DNA of 64,000 bases from an uncultured Chloroflexia bacterium (GCA_963801745.1 CAWDFY010000004.1:768312-832311); one strand, 5' to 3'; shown: positions 22,650 to 33,341, counted from the stretch's first letter. Numbers and translations are program-made. The notes: a model not told the origin generated them from the sequence alone.

Positions 22650-22670
22650 CCATCTAGACGGTCTAGATGG
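22650..22670. promoter_or_regulatory. perfect 21-bp palindrome CCATCTAGAC-G-GTCTAGATGG: candidate operator
   Basis: Read directly. Its near edge lies 28 nt upstream of the Gfo gene ATG (22621), in the 184-bp region shared with the divergent ROK repressor gene. Confidence 0.6.
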
Positions 22671-22793
22671 GTCCGCGATCGTAGTCAGCGGCCCCAGCCG
22701 AGTCAACCACGCTCCTCACGCGACCCGACTGCTCCCGCAGCATACTTCGGCGTGTCAAGTGCAAAAGTCGGCGGTTGGCGGGCCGGAGCGGTG

Positions 22794-22799
22794 TAGCAT
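22794..22799 (+). promoter_or_regulatory. -10-like TAGCAT placed 6 nt before the ROK regulator ATG (leaderless arrangement)
   Basis: TAGCAT 22794-22799, ATG 22806, and no Shine-Dalgarno in between. The same hexamer recurs at two other gene starts in the window. Confidence 0.4.
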
Positions 22800-22805
22800 C
22801 GGGTC

Positions 22806-24102
22806 ATGACCGACCATCCGGACCCGATCGCTGTGAACGGCCCGGCACCGCTGCCCGACGAGCTCCTCGACGACCTGGTCACGGTCCTCGACGAGATCCG
22901 CATCGGGCGATCGCGGTCACGTTCCGAGCTGGGCGCGCGGACCGGTCTTGGCCGGGCGATCGTCGCCCGCCGCGTGCAGGAGCTCCTCGATCGCGGTCTC
23001 GTCACCGAGGGTGAGGTCGGACCGAGCACCGGCGGTCGCCCGCCGCGCCAGCTGGCCTTCCGGGCCGATGCCGGTCACGTGCTGGTCGCCGACCTTGGTG
23101 CCACCAGCATCAGCGTCGGCGCTGACCGACCTGGCCGGCCGCATCCTCGGCCACTACACGGAGCCCGCCGACATCGCCAGCGGCCCGGAGATCGTGCTCG
23201 GCCGGGTCGAGGAGCTGTTCCAGGAGCTTCAGCACACGACCAGGGCGATCCCCGGCACGGTCTGGGGCGTCGGCCTCGGGGTGCCGGGACCCGTGGAGTT
23301 CGCCTCAGGCCGGCCGATCTCGCCGCCGATCATGCCCGGCTGGGACGGGTACCCGATCCGCGAGCGCTTCACGGAGCGCTTCGCCGCGCCGGTCTGGGTC
23401 GACAACGACGTCAACGTCCTGGCGCTCGGGGAGTGGCGGGCCGGCATCGCCCAGGGCCACGAGAACGTCGTCGTGATCAAGATCGGGACCGGCATCGGGG
23501 CGGGCATCATCTCCGACGGCCGGCTCCACCGCGGGGCGCAGGGGAGCGCCGGCGACGTCGGGCACATCCAGGTCGTCGACGATGCCTCCGTGCTGTGCCG
23601 CTGCGGCAACGTCGGCTGCCTCGAGGCGCTGGCCGGCGGGGCGGCCATCGGCCGGCATGGTGAGGCGGCCGCCCTCGAGGGTCGCAGCGCGCGGCTGGGG
23701 GCCGCGCTCGACGAGCACGGTTCGCTGACGGCGGAGGACGTCGCCCGAGCGGCGGCGTTCGGCGACCCGGTCGCGGTCGACCTCCTCCAGTCGGCCGGCC
23801 GGCGGGTCGGCCACATGCTCGCCAGCGTCGTGAACTTCTTCAACCCGTCGCTGGTCATCATCGGTGGCGGCGTGGCCCAGAGCGGCGACCAGCTCCTCGC
23901 GTCGATCCGCGAGACGGTCTACCGCCGCTCGCTGCCGCTGGCGACTCGCGAGCTCCTGATCCAGCGCTCGTCGCTCGGGCTCCTCGGTGGCGTCATCGGG
24001 ACGTCGGCGCTCGTCGTCGACCAGCTGTTCGCGCGCGACTCGATCGAGCGCTGGCTCCCGGCCGGCCATCCGGCCGCGGTCCCGGAGGCGGTGACCGCCT
24101 GA
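22806..24102 (+). CDS. ROK-family transcriptional repressor (NagC/XylR-like) (one frame break near 23110)
   Basis: N-terminal wHTH RSRSELGARTGLGRAIVARRVQELLDRGLV. ROK core VGLGVPGPVE, DNDVNVLALGE, IKIGTGIGAGII, GDVGHIQVVDDASVLCRCGNVGCLEA. Confidence 0.85.
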
Positions 24103-24120
24103 CGACGTGGCGGGCCGGCG

Positions 24121-25155
24121 TCAGGTCGCTGGGGGTGCGGTGCTCTCGCGGACGACCAGCTCGGTGGCCAGCTCGATGCGCGGTTGGGCCGGCGGGACGC
24201 CGCGCGCCAGGTCGAGCACCAGTTCGGCGGCAGTCTCGGCCATCTCGATGAGCGGCTGGCGGACGGTCGTGAGCGGCGGTCCGACCCAGCGCGCGACCGG
24301 CAGGTCGTCGAAGCCGACCACGCTCAGGTCCTCGGGGATGTGCAGCCGGCTCTCGCGCGCGGCCTGGTAGACGCCGAGGGCCTGCAGGTCGTTGCCGGCG
24401 AAGATCGCCGTCGGACGGTCCGGCATGCGCAGGAGCGCGCGGCCCTTCTCGATGCCCTCGTCCACGTGGAACCGGCCGTGGCTGATGAGGCGCGGATCGA
24501 TCGGCACGTCAGCCTCGTCCATAGCAGCGCGGTAGCCGTCGAGCCGGGCGCGGCTGCACAGGATGTCGGGCGGGCCACCGATGACGCCGATCCGTCGGTG
24601 ACCGAGGCTCAGCAGGTGCCGCGTGGCGGTCAGCCCGCCGTTCCAGTTGGTCGCCCCGATCGACGGCGTGTCATGCAGCGGCTCGCCGGTCGGGTCGAGC
24701 ACGACGAACGGGATGCCGCGGCTGCGCAGCTGCTCCCGGATGGCCGGGCTGAGGTCGGAGAACACCGCGATGACGCCCATCGGACGGCGGGCGAGGACGC
24801 CCTCGATCCAGCCGCGGCCCGGCGTCCGCCGACCCTGCATCTCGGTCAGCACGACCGCCAGGTGGTTGATGCCGGCGATGCGCTCGACGCCGCGGACGAT
24901 CTCGAGCGCCCACTCGCTCTCGAGCTCGTGGAAGATCAGCTCGACGATCGGGGCGGCCCGTTGGGCGCGGTTCGCTCGCTGGTAGCCGTTGGCCTGGATC
25001 GCCTCCTCGACGCGCTGCCGCGTCTGGGGCGACACGTCCGACCGGCCGTTGATCACCTTCGAGACGGTCGGGACCGACACCCCCGCCAGCTCGGCGATGT
25101 CGGCGATAGTCGTGGACCGGCCGCGTCGCGATGCACGGTCGAGGGTCGACGTCAT
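24121..25155 (-). CDS. LacI-family transcriptional regulator, intact
   Basis: TIADIAELAGVSVPTVSKVINGR HTH plus a periplasmic-binding-like core (FAGNDLQALGVYQAA.., VVGFDDLP); 344 aa. Confidence 0.9.
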   Translation of the reverse strand: MTSTLDRASRRGRSTTIADIAELAGVSVPTVSKVINGRSDVSPQTRQRVEEAIQANGYQRANRAQRAAPIVELIFHELESEWALEIVRGVERIAGINHLAVVLTEMQGRRTPGRGWIEGVLARRPMGVIAVFSDLSPAIREQLRSRGIPFVVLDPTGEPLHDTPSIGATNWNGGLTATRHLLSLGHRRIGVIGGPPDILCSRARLDGYRAAMDEADVPIDPRLISHGRFHVDEGIEKGRALLRMPDRPTAIFAGNDLQALGVYQAARESRLHIPEDLSVVGFDDLPVARWVGPPLTTVRQPLIEMAETAAELVLDLARGVPPAQPRIELATELVVRESTAPPAT

Positions 25156-25162
25156 GCGGCGC

Positions 25163-25168
25163 AGTGTA
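25163..25168 (-). promoter_or_regulatory. -10-like TACACT placed 7 nt before the LacI ATG 25155 (leaderless arrangement)
   Basis: The minus strand reads TACACT-GCGCCGC-ATG; no SD is present. Confidence 0.35.
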
Positions 25169-25182
25169 GCGAGTCGCGCATC

Positions 25183-25197
25183 CTTTCGAAAGTTTCG
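25183..25197. promoter_or_regulatory. overlapping palindromes CTTTCGAAAG / CGAAAGTTTCG: candidate LacI operator
   Basis: Read directly. It sits 15 nt upstream of the putative lacI -10, and the half-site CGAAAG/CTTTCG recurs at 25277 and 25304. Confidence 0.4.
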
Positions 25198-25239
25198 GGT
25201 GCCGCGCTGTGCAGCGCCGGCGCCGGCTCACACAGGATA

Positions 25240-25268
25240 TTGACGCTGTCCGGCCCGGCGATTAGCAT
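25240..25268 (+). promoter_or_regulatory. sigma-70-like promoter TTGACG-N17-TAGCAT for the CUT1 ABC / GH3 / CE7 operon
   Basis: TTGACG 25240-25245, 17-nt spacer, TAGCAT 25263-25268; about 270 nt upstream of ATG 25536. Confidence 0.5.
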
Positions 25269-25274
25269 CGCCGC

Positions 25275-25319
25275 ACCGAAAGCAGTCGGTCGCTGCGTCG
25301 CAACTTTCGGTAAGCGCTT
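25275..25319. promoter_or_regulatory. inverted repeat ACCGAAAG-N21-CTTTCGGT followed by palindrome AAGCGCTT, just downstream of the putative promoter
   Basis: Arms at 25275-25282 and 25304-25311; AAGCGCTT at 25312-25319. The position fits a roadblock operator. Confidence 0.35.
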
Positions 25320-25535
25320 GGAGGAGCCCCCGACCACGTTTCCCACCGGCTGGGCCCCCATCCCGGCCGCCGGCCGATCCGCCCCGCCACGCCTCCTCCG
25401 ATGGCGGGGCGGGACGGCCGGCCCTCACCGACGCACCGCCCCTGGTCCGGCACCGCAGCTCGAGGAGGAGGAGTCATCAGCCAACCGGGTGCATCGCACG
25501 ACGGACGAGATCATCGAAGAGAGGAGGCACGGTCC

Positions 25536-26877
25536 ATGGTGTCCCAGCGTCGGCTCGCAGCACTGGTCGCCTCGGCGGCGATCGTGTTCGCGGCCTGTTC
25601 GAGCAGCGGGGCGTCGACTGCCCCGAGCGCGGCTCCATCCGAGGCGGCCCCGTCGGCGGCGTCTCCATCGGCGGCCGCCGGTCCGGTCACCATCGACTGG
25701 TGGCACATCCAGAACAACGACCCGGGCAAGTCGCTCTGGCAGGACATGGCCGATGAGTTCACGGCCGAGCACCCGAACGTGACCATCAAGATCACGATCC
25801 TCGAGAACGACACGTTCAAGCCCAAGCTCACGACGGAGATCCAGGGCGGCAACGTGCCGGACCTGTTCCAGTCGTGGGGCGGTGGCGGCATGGCCGAGCA
25901 GGTGACCGCCGGCGTGCTGAAGGACATCACCGCGGACGTCGCCGAGTGGAAGGACACGATCAACCCGGGCGCACTCGGCATGTACCAGCTCGACGGCAAG
26001 CAGTACGGGATCCCGTTCGACCTCGGCATGGTCGGCGTCTGGTACAACAAGGAACAGTTCACGCAGGCCGGGATCACGACGCCGCCGGCGACGTGGACCG
26101 AGTTCCTGGCGGCAATCGACAAGCTCAAGACGGCCGGCATCACCCCGATCTCGGTCGGCGGCAGCCCGGCGACCTGGACCGAGATGTTCTGGTGGGCCTA
26201 CCTGGCGGTCCGCCTGTGCGGCGCCGAGACGATGCAGCAGGCTGCGACGACGGGTGACTGGAGTGCGCCCTGCTTCGTCGACGCCGGCACGAAGCTCGAC
26301 GAGCTCGTCGCGAAGGAGCCGTTCCAGGAGGGCTTCCTCGCAGCGGTATGGGACGGTGCCGGCGGCCAGGCCGCCACGATGGCCGTCGAAAAGGCTGCGA
26401 TGATGCTGATGGGCCAGTGGGCCCCTGGGACGATGGCCGCCAACACGGCCGACAAGCAGCCGGTGACGTTCGACCTCGGCTGGTTCCCGTTCCCGAGCCT
26501 CGATGGCGGCGCTGGAGCGCCGACCGACGGCGTTCGGTGGCGGCAACGGGTTCGCCGTCGGCAAGGACGCACCGCCGGAGGCGGTGGAATTCCTGAAGTA
26601 CATCAGCACGGTCGACAACGCCAAGCGGTGGGGCGCGCTGAACACCGGCATCCTGCCGGTGACCGTGGGCGCCGAGTCGTCCGTGACCGACCCGCAGCTG
26701 ACGTCCGTGCTCGACGCTCGCGCCGACGCCGAGTACGTGCAGCTCTACCTCGACCAGGCCACGACGCCGGAGCTGGGCGCGGTGATCAACGACGCCGTCG
26801 CGACGCTGTTCGCCGGGACCGGCACACCGGACCAGGTCACCAAGACCATCACCGACGCCGCCAAGACCGGCGGCTGA
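25536..26877 (+). CDS. ABC sugar-binding lipoprotein, CUT1 family (one frame break near 26515)
   Basis: GAGGAGG 25521-25527 then ATG 25536. Signal/lipobox LVASAAIVFAAC. WWHIQNNDPGKSLWQDMADEFTAEHPNV; FQSWGGGGM; the C-terminal piece is in the 26503 frame (FGGGNGFAVGKDAPPEAVEFLKYI). Confidence 0.85.
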
Positions 26878-26882
26878 CCTCG

Positions 26883-27822
26883 TTGATCGACGAGACCGAA
26901 CGGGCCGGCATCGTGCTGGCCCGTTCGCGCTTCCCGCGCTGGACGACCATCGCGCTGTTCCTGCTGCCGGCGCTGATCCTGTACGGCATCTTCGTGCTGA
27001 TCCCGGTCGTGCAGGCGGCGCACTTCAGCCTGTACAAGTGGAACGGGCTCACCCCGCTCACCGACTTCGTCGGGCTGGCGAACTTCCAGCGGGCGCTGTC
27101 CGACCCGACGTTCATCAAGGCGGCGACACACAACGCGATCATCATCGTCCTGTCGCTGGCGATCCAGATCCCGTTCGCGCTGGGCGTCGCCCTGATGCTG
27201 AACCGGCGCTTTCGCGGACGCGCGGTCTTCCGCCTGATCTTCTTCGCCCCGTACGTCATCGCCGAGGTCATCGCCGGGGTCGTCTGGCGACTCATCCTCC
27301 AGCCGGACGGGCTGGCCGACGGCGTGCTGACGTCGGTCGGCCTGGGCGTCCTGTATCACCCGTGGCTGGCCGACCCGGACACGGTCCTGTGGGCGATGTT
27401 CGTCATCATCTCGTGGAAGTACTTCGGCTTCCACATGATCCTCATGCTGGCCGGCCTGCAGGGGATCCCGCGGGAGCTCGAGGAGGCCGCCGCGATCGAC
27501 GGCGCCACCCGCCGCCAGACGATCCGCCACGTCACGCTGCCGCTGCTCGGGCCGACGATCCGCGTGTCCGTGTTCCTGTCGATCATCGGCGCACTCCAGC
27601 TGTTCGACCTCGTCTGGGTCACGACCGGCGGCGGGCCGGTGGATGCGTCGAACACGATGGCCACCTATCTCGTCGACTGGGGCTTCGAGCGCTTCCAGCT
27701 CGGCTACGGCAGCGCGATCGCGGTGATCCTGTTCGTCATCGCGCTCGTCGTCGGCGCTCGCCTACCAGCGGTTCGTCCTGCGTCGTGACATCGACGGCGC
27801 GATGACCGGCGGAGCCGGCTGA
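26883..27822 (+). CDS. ABC sugar transporter permease, CUT1 (MalF/UgpA-like) (one frame break near 27750; start codon uncertain)
   Basis: RWTTIALFLLPALILYGIFVLIPVV; EAA loop LAGLQGIPRELEEAAAIDGATRRQTIRHVTLPLLGP. Restored stop TGA 27820-27822 overlaps next ATG. Confidence 0.8.
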
Positions 27823-28701
27823 TGGCCGGCGAGACGGGCGTCATCGCGACCGAGCGGTCCACCACGACCCGACTCGGCGGCACGTTCTCCGGGGTCCTGC
27901 GCTGGGGCGTGCTCATCGTCGTCGCCGCCACGGTCGTCATCCCCGTCGGCGTACGCGGTCCTGAGCGGCTTCAAGGACAACTACCAGATCACGCTCAGCC
28001 CGATCGGCGCTGCCGGACCCGTGGATCGTCGACAACTACACGAGCGTCCTGACGTCCGAGTCGTTCTGGCGACAGCTCGATCAACAGCGTGGTCGTCGCG
28101 CTGATCGCGGCGTTCGTCGTCGTGTCGTTCGCCGCGCTCGCGGCGTTCGTCTTCGCCCGCCGCGCGTTCCCCGGTCGCGAGGTGCTGTTCACGATCTTCA
28201 CGCTCGGCCTGTTCTTCCCCGTCGGCGGTCGCGATCCTGCCGCTGTTCATCCTCGTCCGGGCGCTCGGCCTGCTCGACAACCCGCTCGGGATCGCGCTGC
28301 CGCAGGCCGCGTTCGCGCTGCCGTTGACGATCATCATCCTGCGGCCGTTCTTCCGGAGCATCCCCAGGGAGCTCGAGGACGCCGCCTACATCGACGGCTG
28401 CGGCCCGTTCGGGTTCTTCTGGCGCGTGCTGCTGCCGCTGTCGAAGCCGGCGCTCGCCACGTGTCGCGTGCTGGCCATCGTCACCAGCTGGAACCAGTTC
28501 CTGCTGCCGCTGGTCATGCTGTCCGACCAGGAGAACTGGACGCTGCCGCTCGGCGTCACGAACTTCTCGACGCAGTACTCGACCGACACGGCGCTCGTCC
28601 TCGCCTACACCACGCTGTCGCTGATCCCGGCGCTCGTCTTCTACGTCATCGCCGAGCGCCAGCTCGTCGGCGGGCTGACGACGGGCAGCGTGAAGGGCTA
28701 G
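27822..28701 (+). CDS. ABC sugar transporter permease, CUT1 (MalG/UgpE-like) (frame broken at least 3 times)
   Basis: Pieces: VLRWGVLIVVAATVVIPV; VVALIAAFVVVSFAALAAFVFARRAFPGREVLFTIFTLGLFFP; intact tail 28324-28701 with FFRSIPRELEDAAYIDGCGPFGFFWRVLLPLSKPAL. Confidence 0.8.
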
Positions 28702-28703
28702 CC

Positions 28704-31080
28704 GTGTCGACCGAGGCCGTCCGCGCAGCGCCGTACCGCGACCCGTCGCGGCCGATCGACGAGCGGGTCGCGGACCTGCTCGGGCGGATGACCCGCGCCG
28801 AGAAGCTCGCCCAGCTCGGGTCGTTCTGGGCGTTCGAGGTGGTCGGTGACGAGGGGCTCGACCGCGAGCGCCTCGCCGTCCTGGCCGAGGACGGCCTGGG
28901 CGAGCTGACGCGGCTCGCCGGCTCGACCAACCTCCGCCCGATCGAGGTCGCCGAGGCGGCCAACGCCATCCAGCGCTTCCTCGTCGAGGAGACGCGGCTC
29001 GGCATCCCGGCCATCATCCACGAGGAGTGCCTGCACGGGCTGATGGCCTGGGCCGCGCCGTGCTTCCAGCAGTCGATCGGTGCCGCCGCCGCGTTCGACA
29101 CGGCGCTCGTCGGCGACGTCGCCACGACCATCCGGCGGCGGATGCTGATGACCGGCGCACGGCACGCCCTGGGGCCGGTGTTCGACATCGGGCGCGATCC
29201 GCGCTGGGGTCGCATCGAGGAGACGTACGGCGAGGACCCGTACCTCGCGGCCGAGCTGGGCTGCGCGTACGTCGTCGCGCTGCAGGGCGACGACGCTGGC
29301 TGACGGCGTCGCGGCGACCGGCAAGCACATGGTCGGGCACGGCCTGGCCGAGGGCGGCATGAACATGGCGCCCGCCCACATCGGACCGCGTGAGCTGCGC
29401 GACGAGCAGCTGTTCCCGTTCGAGGCGGCGGTCCGGCTCACGGGTCTCGCCTCGATGATGCCCGCCTACTGCGACGTCGACGGCGTGCCGTGCCACGCCT
29501 CGACCGAGCTCCTCGGCACGATCCTGCGCGACGAATGGGGCTTCGACGGCATCGTCGTCGTCCGACTACATCGCCATCGAGATGCTGGCCACGGCCCACC
29601 GCCTGACCAGCGACCTCGGCGAGGCGGCCCGTCTCGCGCTGGTGGCCGGCGTCGACTCCGAGCTGCCGCGGACCGCAGCGTACGGGCCGCCGCTCGCCGA
29701 GGCGCTCGACGACGGTCGCATCGACGAGGCGACGGTCGATCGCGTCGGTCGCGCGGATGCTGCGCCTGAAGTTCCGTCTCGGGCTGTTCGAGCGGCCGTC
29801 CGTCGAGGTGCCCGCGCCCGACGACCTCGACGCCCTCGCCGCAGACGAGGCGCGGGTCGCCCGCGACCTCGCCCGCCGCTCGCTCGTGCTCGTCGCCAAC
29901 GACGGCATCCTTCCACTTCGCCTCGACGGTCCGTCGGATCGCCGTCATCGGACCGATCGCCGACAGCGCCCGCGACCTGCTCGGCGACTACAGCCACCTC
30001 GTCCACATCGAGACGCTCAACGAGATGCGGACCCAGGGCAACGCGCTCGGCGTCGGCGACCACGCCACGGTCGCGGCCGCCGACGAGCTGGACGGGCGCG
30101 GCACGATCCTCGACGCCGTCCGCGCGGCGTTGCCGGACGCCGATGTCCGCCACGCAGCCGGGCTGCGGCATCTCGGACGGCACCGACGACGGCATCGCCG
30201 CAGCCGCGGACGCCGCCGGTGACGCCGACGTCGCGATCGTCGTGCTCGGCGAGCGCTCGGGGCTGACCAACGACTCGACGACCGGCGAGTTCCGCGACCG
30301 GCGCGACCTCGGGTTCTCGGGGCGCCAGCAGGAGCTGCTCGACGCGGTGGTCGCGACCGGCACCCCGGTCGTCCTCGTCGTGGTCAGCGGCCGGCCGCTG
30401 GCGATCGAACGGGCCGCCCGCGCACTGCGCCGCCATCCTCTACGCATGGGTCCCGGGCGACGCCGGGCCGGCGGCCATCGCCGACGCGCTGACCGGCGTC
30501 GTCAACCCCGGCGGCAAGCTGCCGATCTCGATCCCGCGCACCGTCGGTCAGGTGCCGGTCAGCTACCGCCACCACCCGACCGGCGGCCATTCGCAGCCCG
30601 AAGGTCGACTACGTCGATGGTCCGACGACGCCGCTGTGGCCGTTCGGGTTCGGCTTGTCGTACACGACGTTCGCGCTGCGCGACCTGCGCGTCGACCGGA
30701 CCGCCGTCCCGACCGACGGCGGCCGGCTGACGATCAGCGTCGACGTCGTGAACACCGGCGAGCGCGTGGGTGACGAGGTCGTCCAGCTGTACGCCCGCGA
30801 CGAGGAGGCGACGGTCGCCCGTCCCGTGCTCGAGCTGCGCGGCTACCGGCGGGTCACGCTCGAGCCCGGCGAGTGCCGGACGGTCACCTTCCGGCTCGCG
30901 GCGGAGCAGTTCTGCTACACGGGTGCGGATCTCCGACGCGTGGTCGAGCCGGGGGTCATCACGTTGTCGGTCGGCACGTCGTCGGTCGACCGGCCACTGG
31001 CTGCGACGATCGAGCTGACCGGCCCGATCGTCGAGGTCGTCGAGCGGCATCATTACCTGACCGAGACCACGGTCGGCTGA
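28704..31080 (+). CDS. glycoside hydrolase family 3 beta-glucosidase-like enzyme (frame broken at least 8 times)
   Basis: Serial pieces: DERVADLLGRMTRAEKLAQL; GIPAIIHEECLHG; GRDPRWGRIEETYGEDPYL; ATGKHMVGHG; WGFDGIVV/SDYIAIEML (nucleophile SDY region split by a break); MLRLKFRLGLFE; IAVIGPIADS; VLVVVSGRPL; VNPGGKLPISIPR; PLWPFGFGLSYTTF; VVQLYARDE. Confidence 0.85.
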
Positions 31081-31128
31081 CGCCGGCCCGGTCATCGGGA
31101 GCCGGTCCCCGCCCGCACCGAGGTCACC

Positions 31129-32106
31129 ATGGCCGCCTTCGACCTGCCGCTCGACCAGCTGCGCGCCTACCGGCCCGAGCGCGACGAGCCCGGCGACTTC
31201 GACGCGTTCTGGCGGGACACGCTGGCGACCTCGCGCGGCGCGGCCTCGGCGCCGACGTTCGACCGGGTCGACGGTCCGCTGCGCACCGTGACGGTCGACG
31301 ACGTGACGTTCTCGGGGTTCGCCGGCCAGCCGATCCGGGCTGGCTGCTCGCGCCCGACCGGCGCGACCGGCCGGCTGCCGACCGTCGTCGAGTACATCGG
31401 CTACGGCGGCGGGCGCTCGTACCCGACCGAGTGGCTACGCTGGGCGTCGGCCGGGTACGCCTCCTTCGTGATGGACACGCGCGGGCAGGGGAGCGCCTGG
31501 AGCCCGGGCGACACGCCGGACCCCGACCCGACCGCCGCGACCGGGCAGTACCCGGGCTTCGTGACGCGCGGGATCGGGTCCGCGGCCACCTACTACTACC
31601 GCCGGCTCATCACCGACGCGGTGCTCGCGCTGGACGCGGCTCGGCAGCATCCGCTCGTCGACCCGGACCGGCTCGTCGTGACCGGCAAGAGCCAGGGTGG
31701 CGGGCTCGCGCTGGCCGTGGCCGGGCTGTCGAGCGACGTCCGGGCGGCGGCGGTCGACGTCCCGTTCCTGTGCCACTGGCGCCGCGCGATCGAGATCACC
31801 GACGAGCATCCGTACCAGGAGCTGACGCACTACCTCGCGGTCCGGCGCGACCAGGTCGATGCGGCCCTCGCGACGGTGAGCTACCACGACGGGCTCAACT
31901 TCGCGGCCCGCGCGACGGCGCCGGCGCTGTTCTCGGTCGGCCTCATGGACGAGATCTGCCCGCCGTCGACGGTGTTCGCGGCGTTCAACCACTACGCCGG
32001 ACCGCACGACATCAGCGTCTGGCCGTACAACGGCCACGAGGCCGGCGAGCTCGTCCAGCAGGCCGAGCGCTACGCGTTCCTCGAGCGGCTCGGGCTGGCG
32101 CCCTGA
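31129..32106 (+). CDS. acetyl xylan esterase / cephalosporin-C deacetylase (carbohydrate esterase family 7), intact
   Basis: 325 aa. [36 protein letters not shown] (GxSQG nucleophile elbow) and [17 protein letters not shown] are CE7/AXE1 hallmarks. Confidence 0.9.
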   Translation: MAAFDLPLDQLRAYRPERDEPGDFDAFWRDTLATSRGAASAPTFDRVDGPLRTVTVDDVTFSGFAGQPIRAGCSRPTGATGRLPTVVEYIGYGGGRSYPTEWLRWASAGYASFVMDTRGQGSAWSPGDTPDPDPTAATGQYPGFVTRGIGSAATYYYRRLITDAVLALDAARQHPLVDPDRLVVTGKSQGGGLALAVAGLSSDVRAAAVDVPFLCHWRRAIEITDEHPYQELTHYLAVRRDQVDAALATVSYHDGLNFAARATAPALFSVGLMDEICPPSTVFAAFNHYAGPHDISVWPYNGHEAGELVQQAERYAFLERLGLAP

Positions 32107-33327
32107 CCGCGCCGCGGCCGACCGCGGGTCAGCCCGGCGACGACCCGGTCGCTGAAGTCGCCCGACGCCTCGTCCTTGAGGATCAGCTTCTGGCGGCCGT
32201 CGGGCAGGATCTCGCGCTTGATCACGGTCTGGCCCTCGAACGTCTCGGGGCTCGACGCGATCCGGGCGGTCGAGCCGCCGCGCCAGTCCATCGCGACCGG
32301 TTCCCAGCGGCCGCTCTCGGCGGACCGGTAGCAGGCGTCCATGACGGCGTTGACGACGTAGCCGTCGTAGAACGTCTCGCGCGGCTGGCCGCCGCCCTCC
32401 ATGGCCCGGAACATGTCGCTGAACATGTCCACGTAGCCGAGCTCCGACGCCTCGTCGCCGACCGGGAACAGCCACCCAGCCGCGGTCTCGGCCTTCTCGG
32501 CGACGTACCCGCCGCCACCGCCGGCGGAGAACATCTCGAACCCGGTGCGCAGGAAGTGGTTGAGCCAGATCGTGCCGTGCGTGCCGGCCACCTCGTCGCG
32601 CAGGTCCATGCCGCCGCGGAACGTCCAGCTCACCTCGAACTGGCCGATCGCGCCGGACTCGAAGCGGATCAGCGCGATCGCGTTGTCCTCGTCGCTGATC
32701 GGGTGGACGAGGGTGTCGGTGTGGCACATGACCTCGACCGGCCGGTTCCCCTTGCCGACGAAGTTGCGGATGATCTCGATGCAGTGGCAGCCGAGGTCGA
32801 TGATGGCCCCGCCACCGGTCAGCCGGCCGTCCCAGAACCACGCCGAATGCGGCCCCGGGTGCGTCTCGCGTGAACGGACCCAGGTGACCGCTCCGACCGC
32901 GCCGCCCTCGACGGCCGCGACCGCCTTGAGGGTCTTCGGCGTGTAGCACGAGGTCCTCGAGATAGCCGGCGAACACGCCGGCCGACTCGACCGCCTCGAG
33001 CATGCGCTTCGCCTCCTCCGCGGTCCGCCCGAGCGGCTTCGTGCACAGCACCGCCTTGCCGGCCCGGGCGGTAAGTCTGATGGCCTCCTCGTGCATGAAG
33101 TTCGGGACGCCGACGACCACGACATCGGTGTCGGGGTGCTCGATCGCCGCCTGGAGGTCGGTCACCGCGGCCGGGATGCCCCAGCGCTCGCGGAACGCCT
33201 CGCCGCGGGCCTCGCTCCGCGAGTAGACGACCTCGACCCGGTCGCGACCGCGCTGCCCGTGCAGCGTCGCCGTGTAGAACTCGCCGATGAGCCCGGTGCC
33301 GAGCAAGGTGATGCGGTGGCTCTCCAC
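32070..33327 (-). CDS. Gfo/Idh/MocA-family oxidoreductase (one frame break near 32945)
   Basis: GAGGAG then GTG 33327. [13 protein letters not shown] (Rossmann), [31 protein letters not shown] (KP motif), then the 32070 frame [14 protein letters not shown]... The 3' end overlaps the CE7 gene by 37 bp (convergent). Confidence 0.8.
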
Positions 33328-33341
33328 GGCCGATGCTCCTC

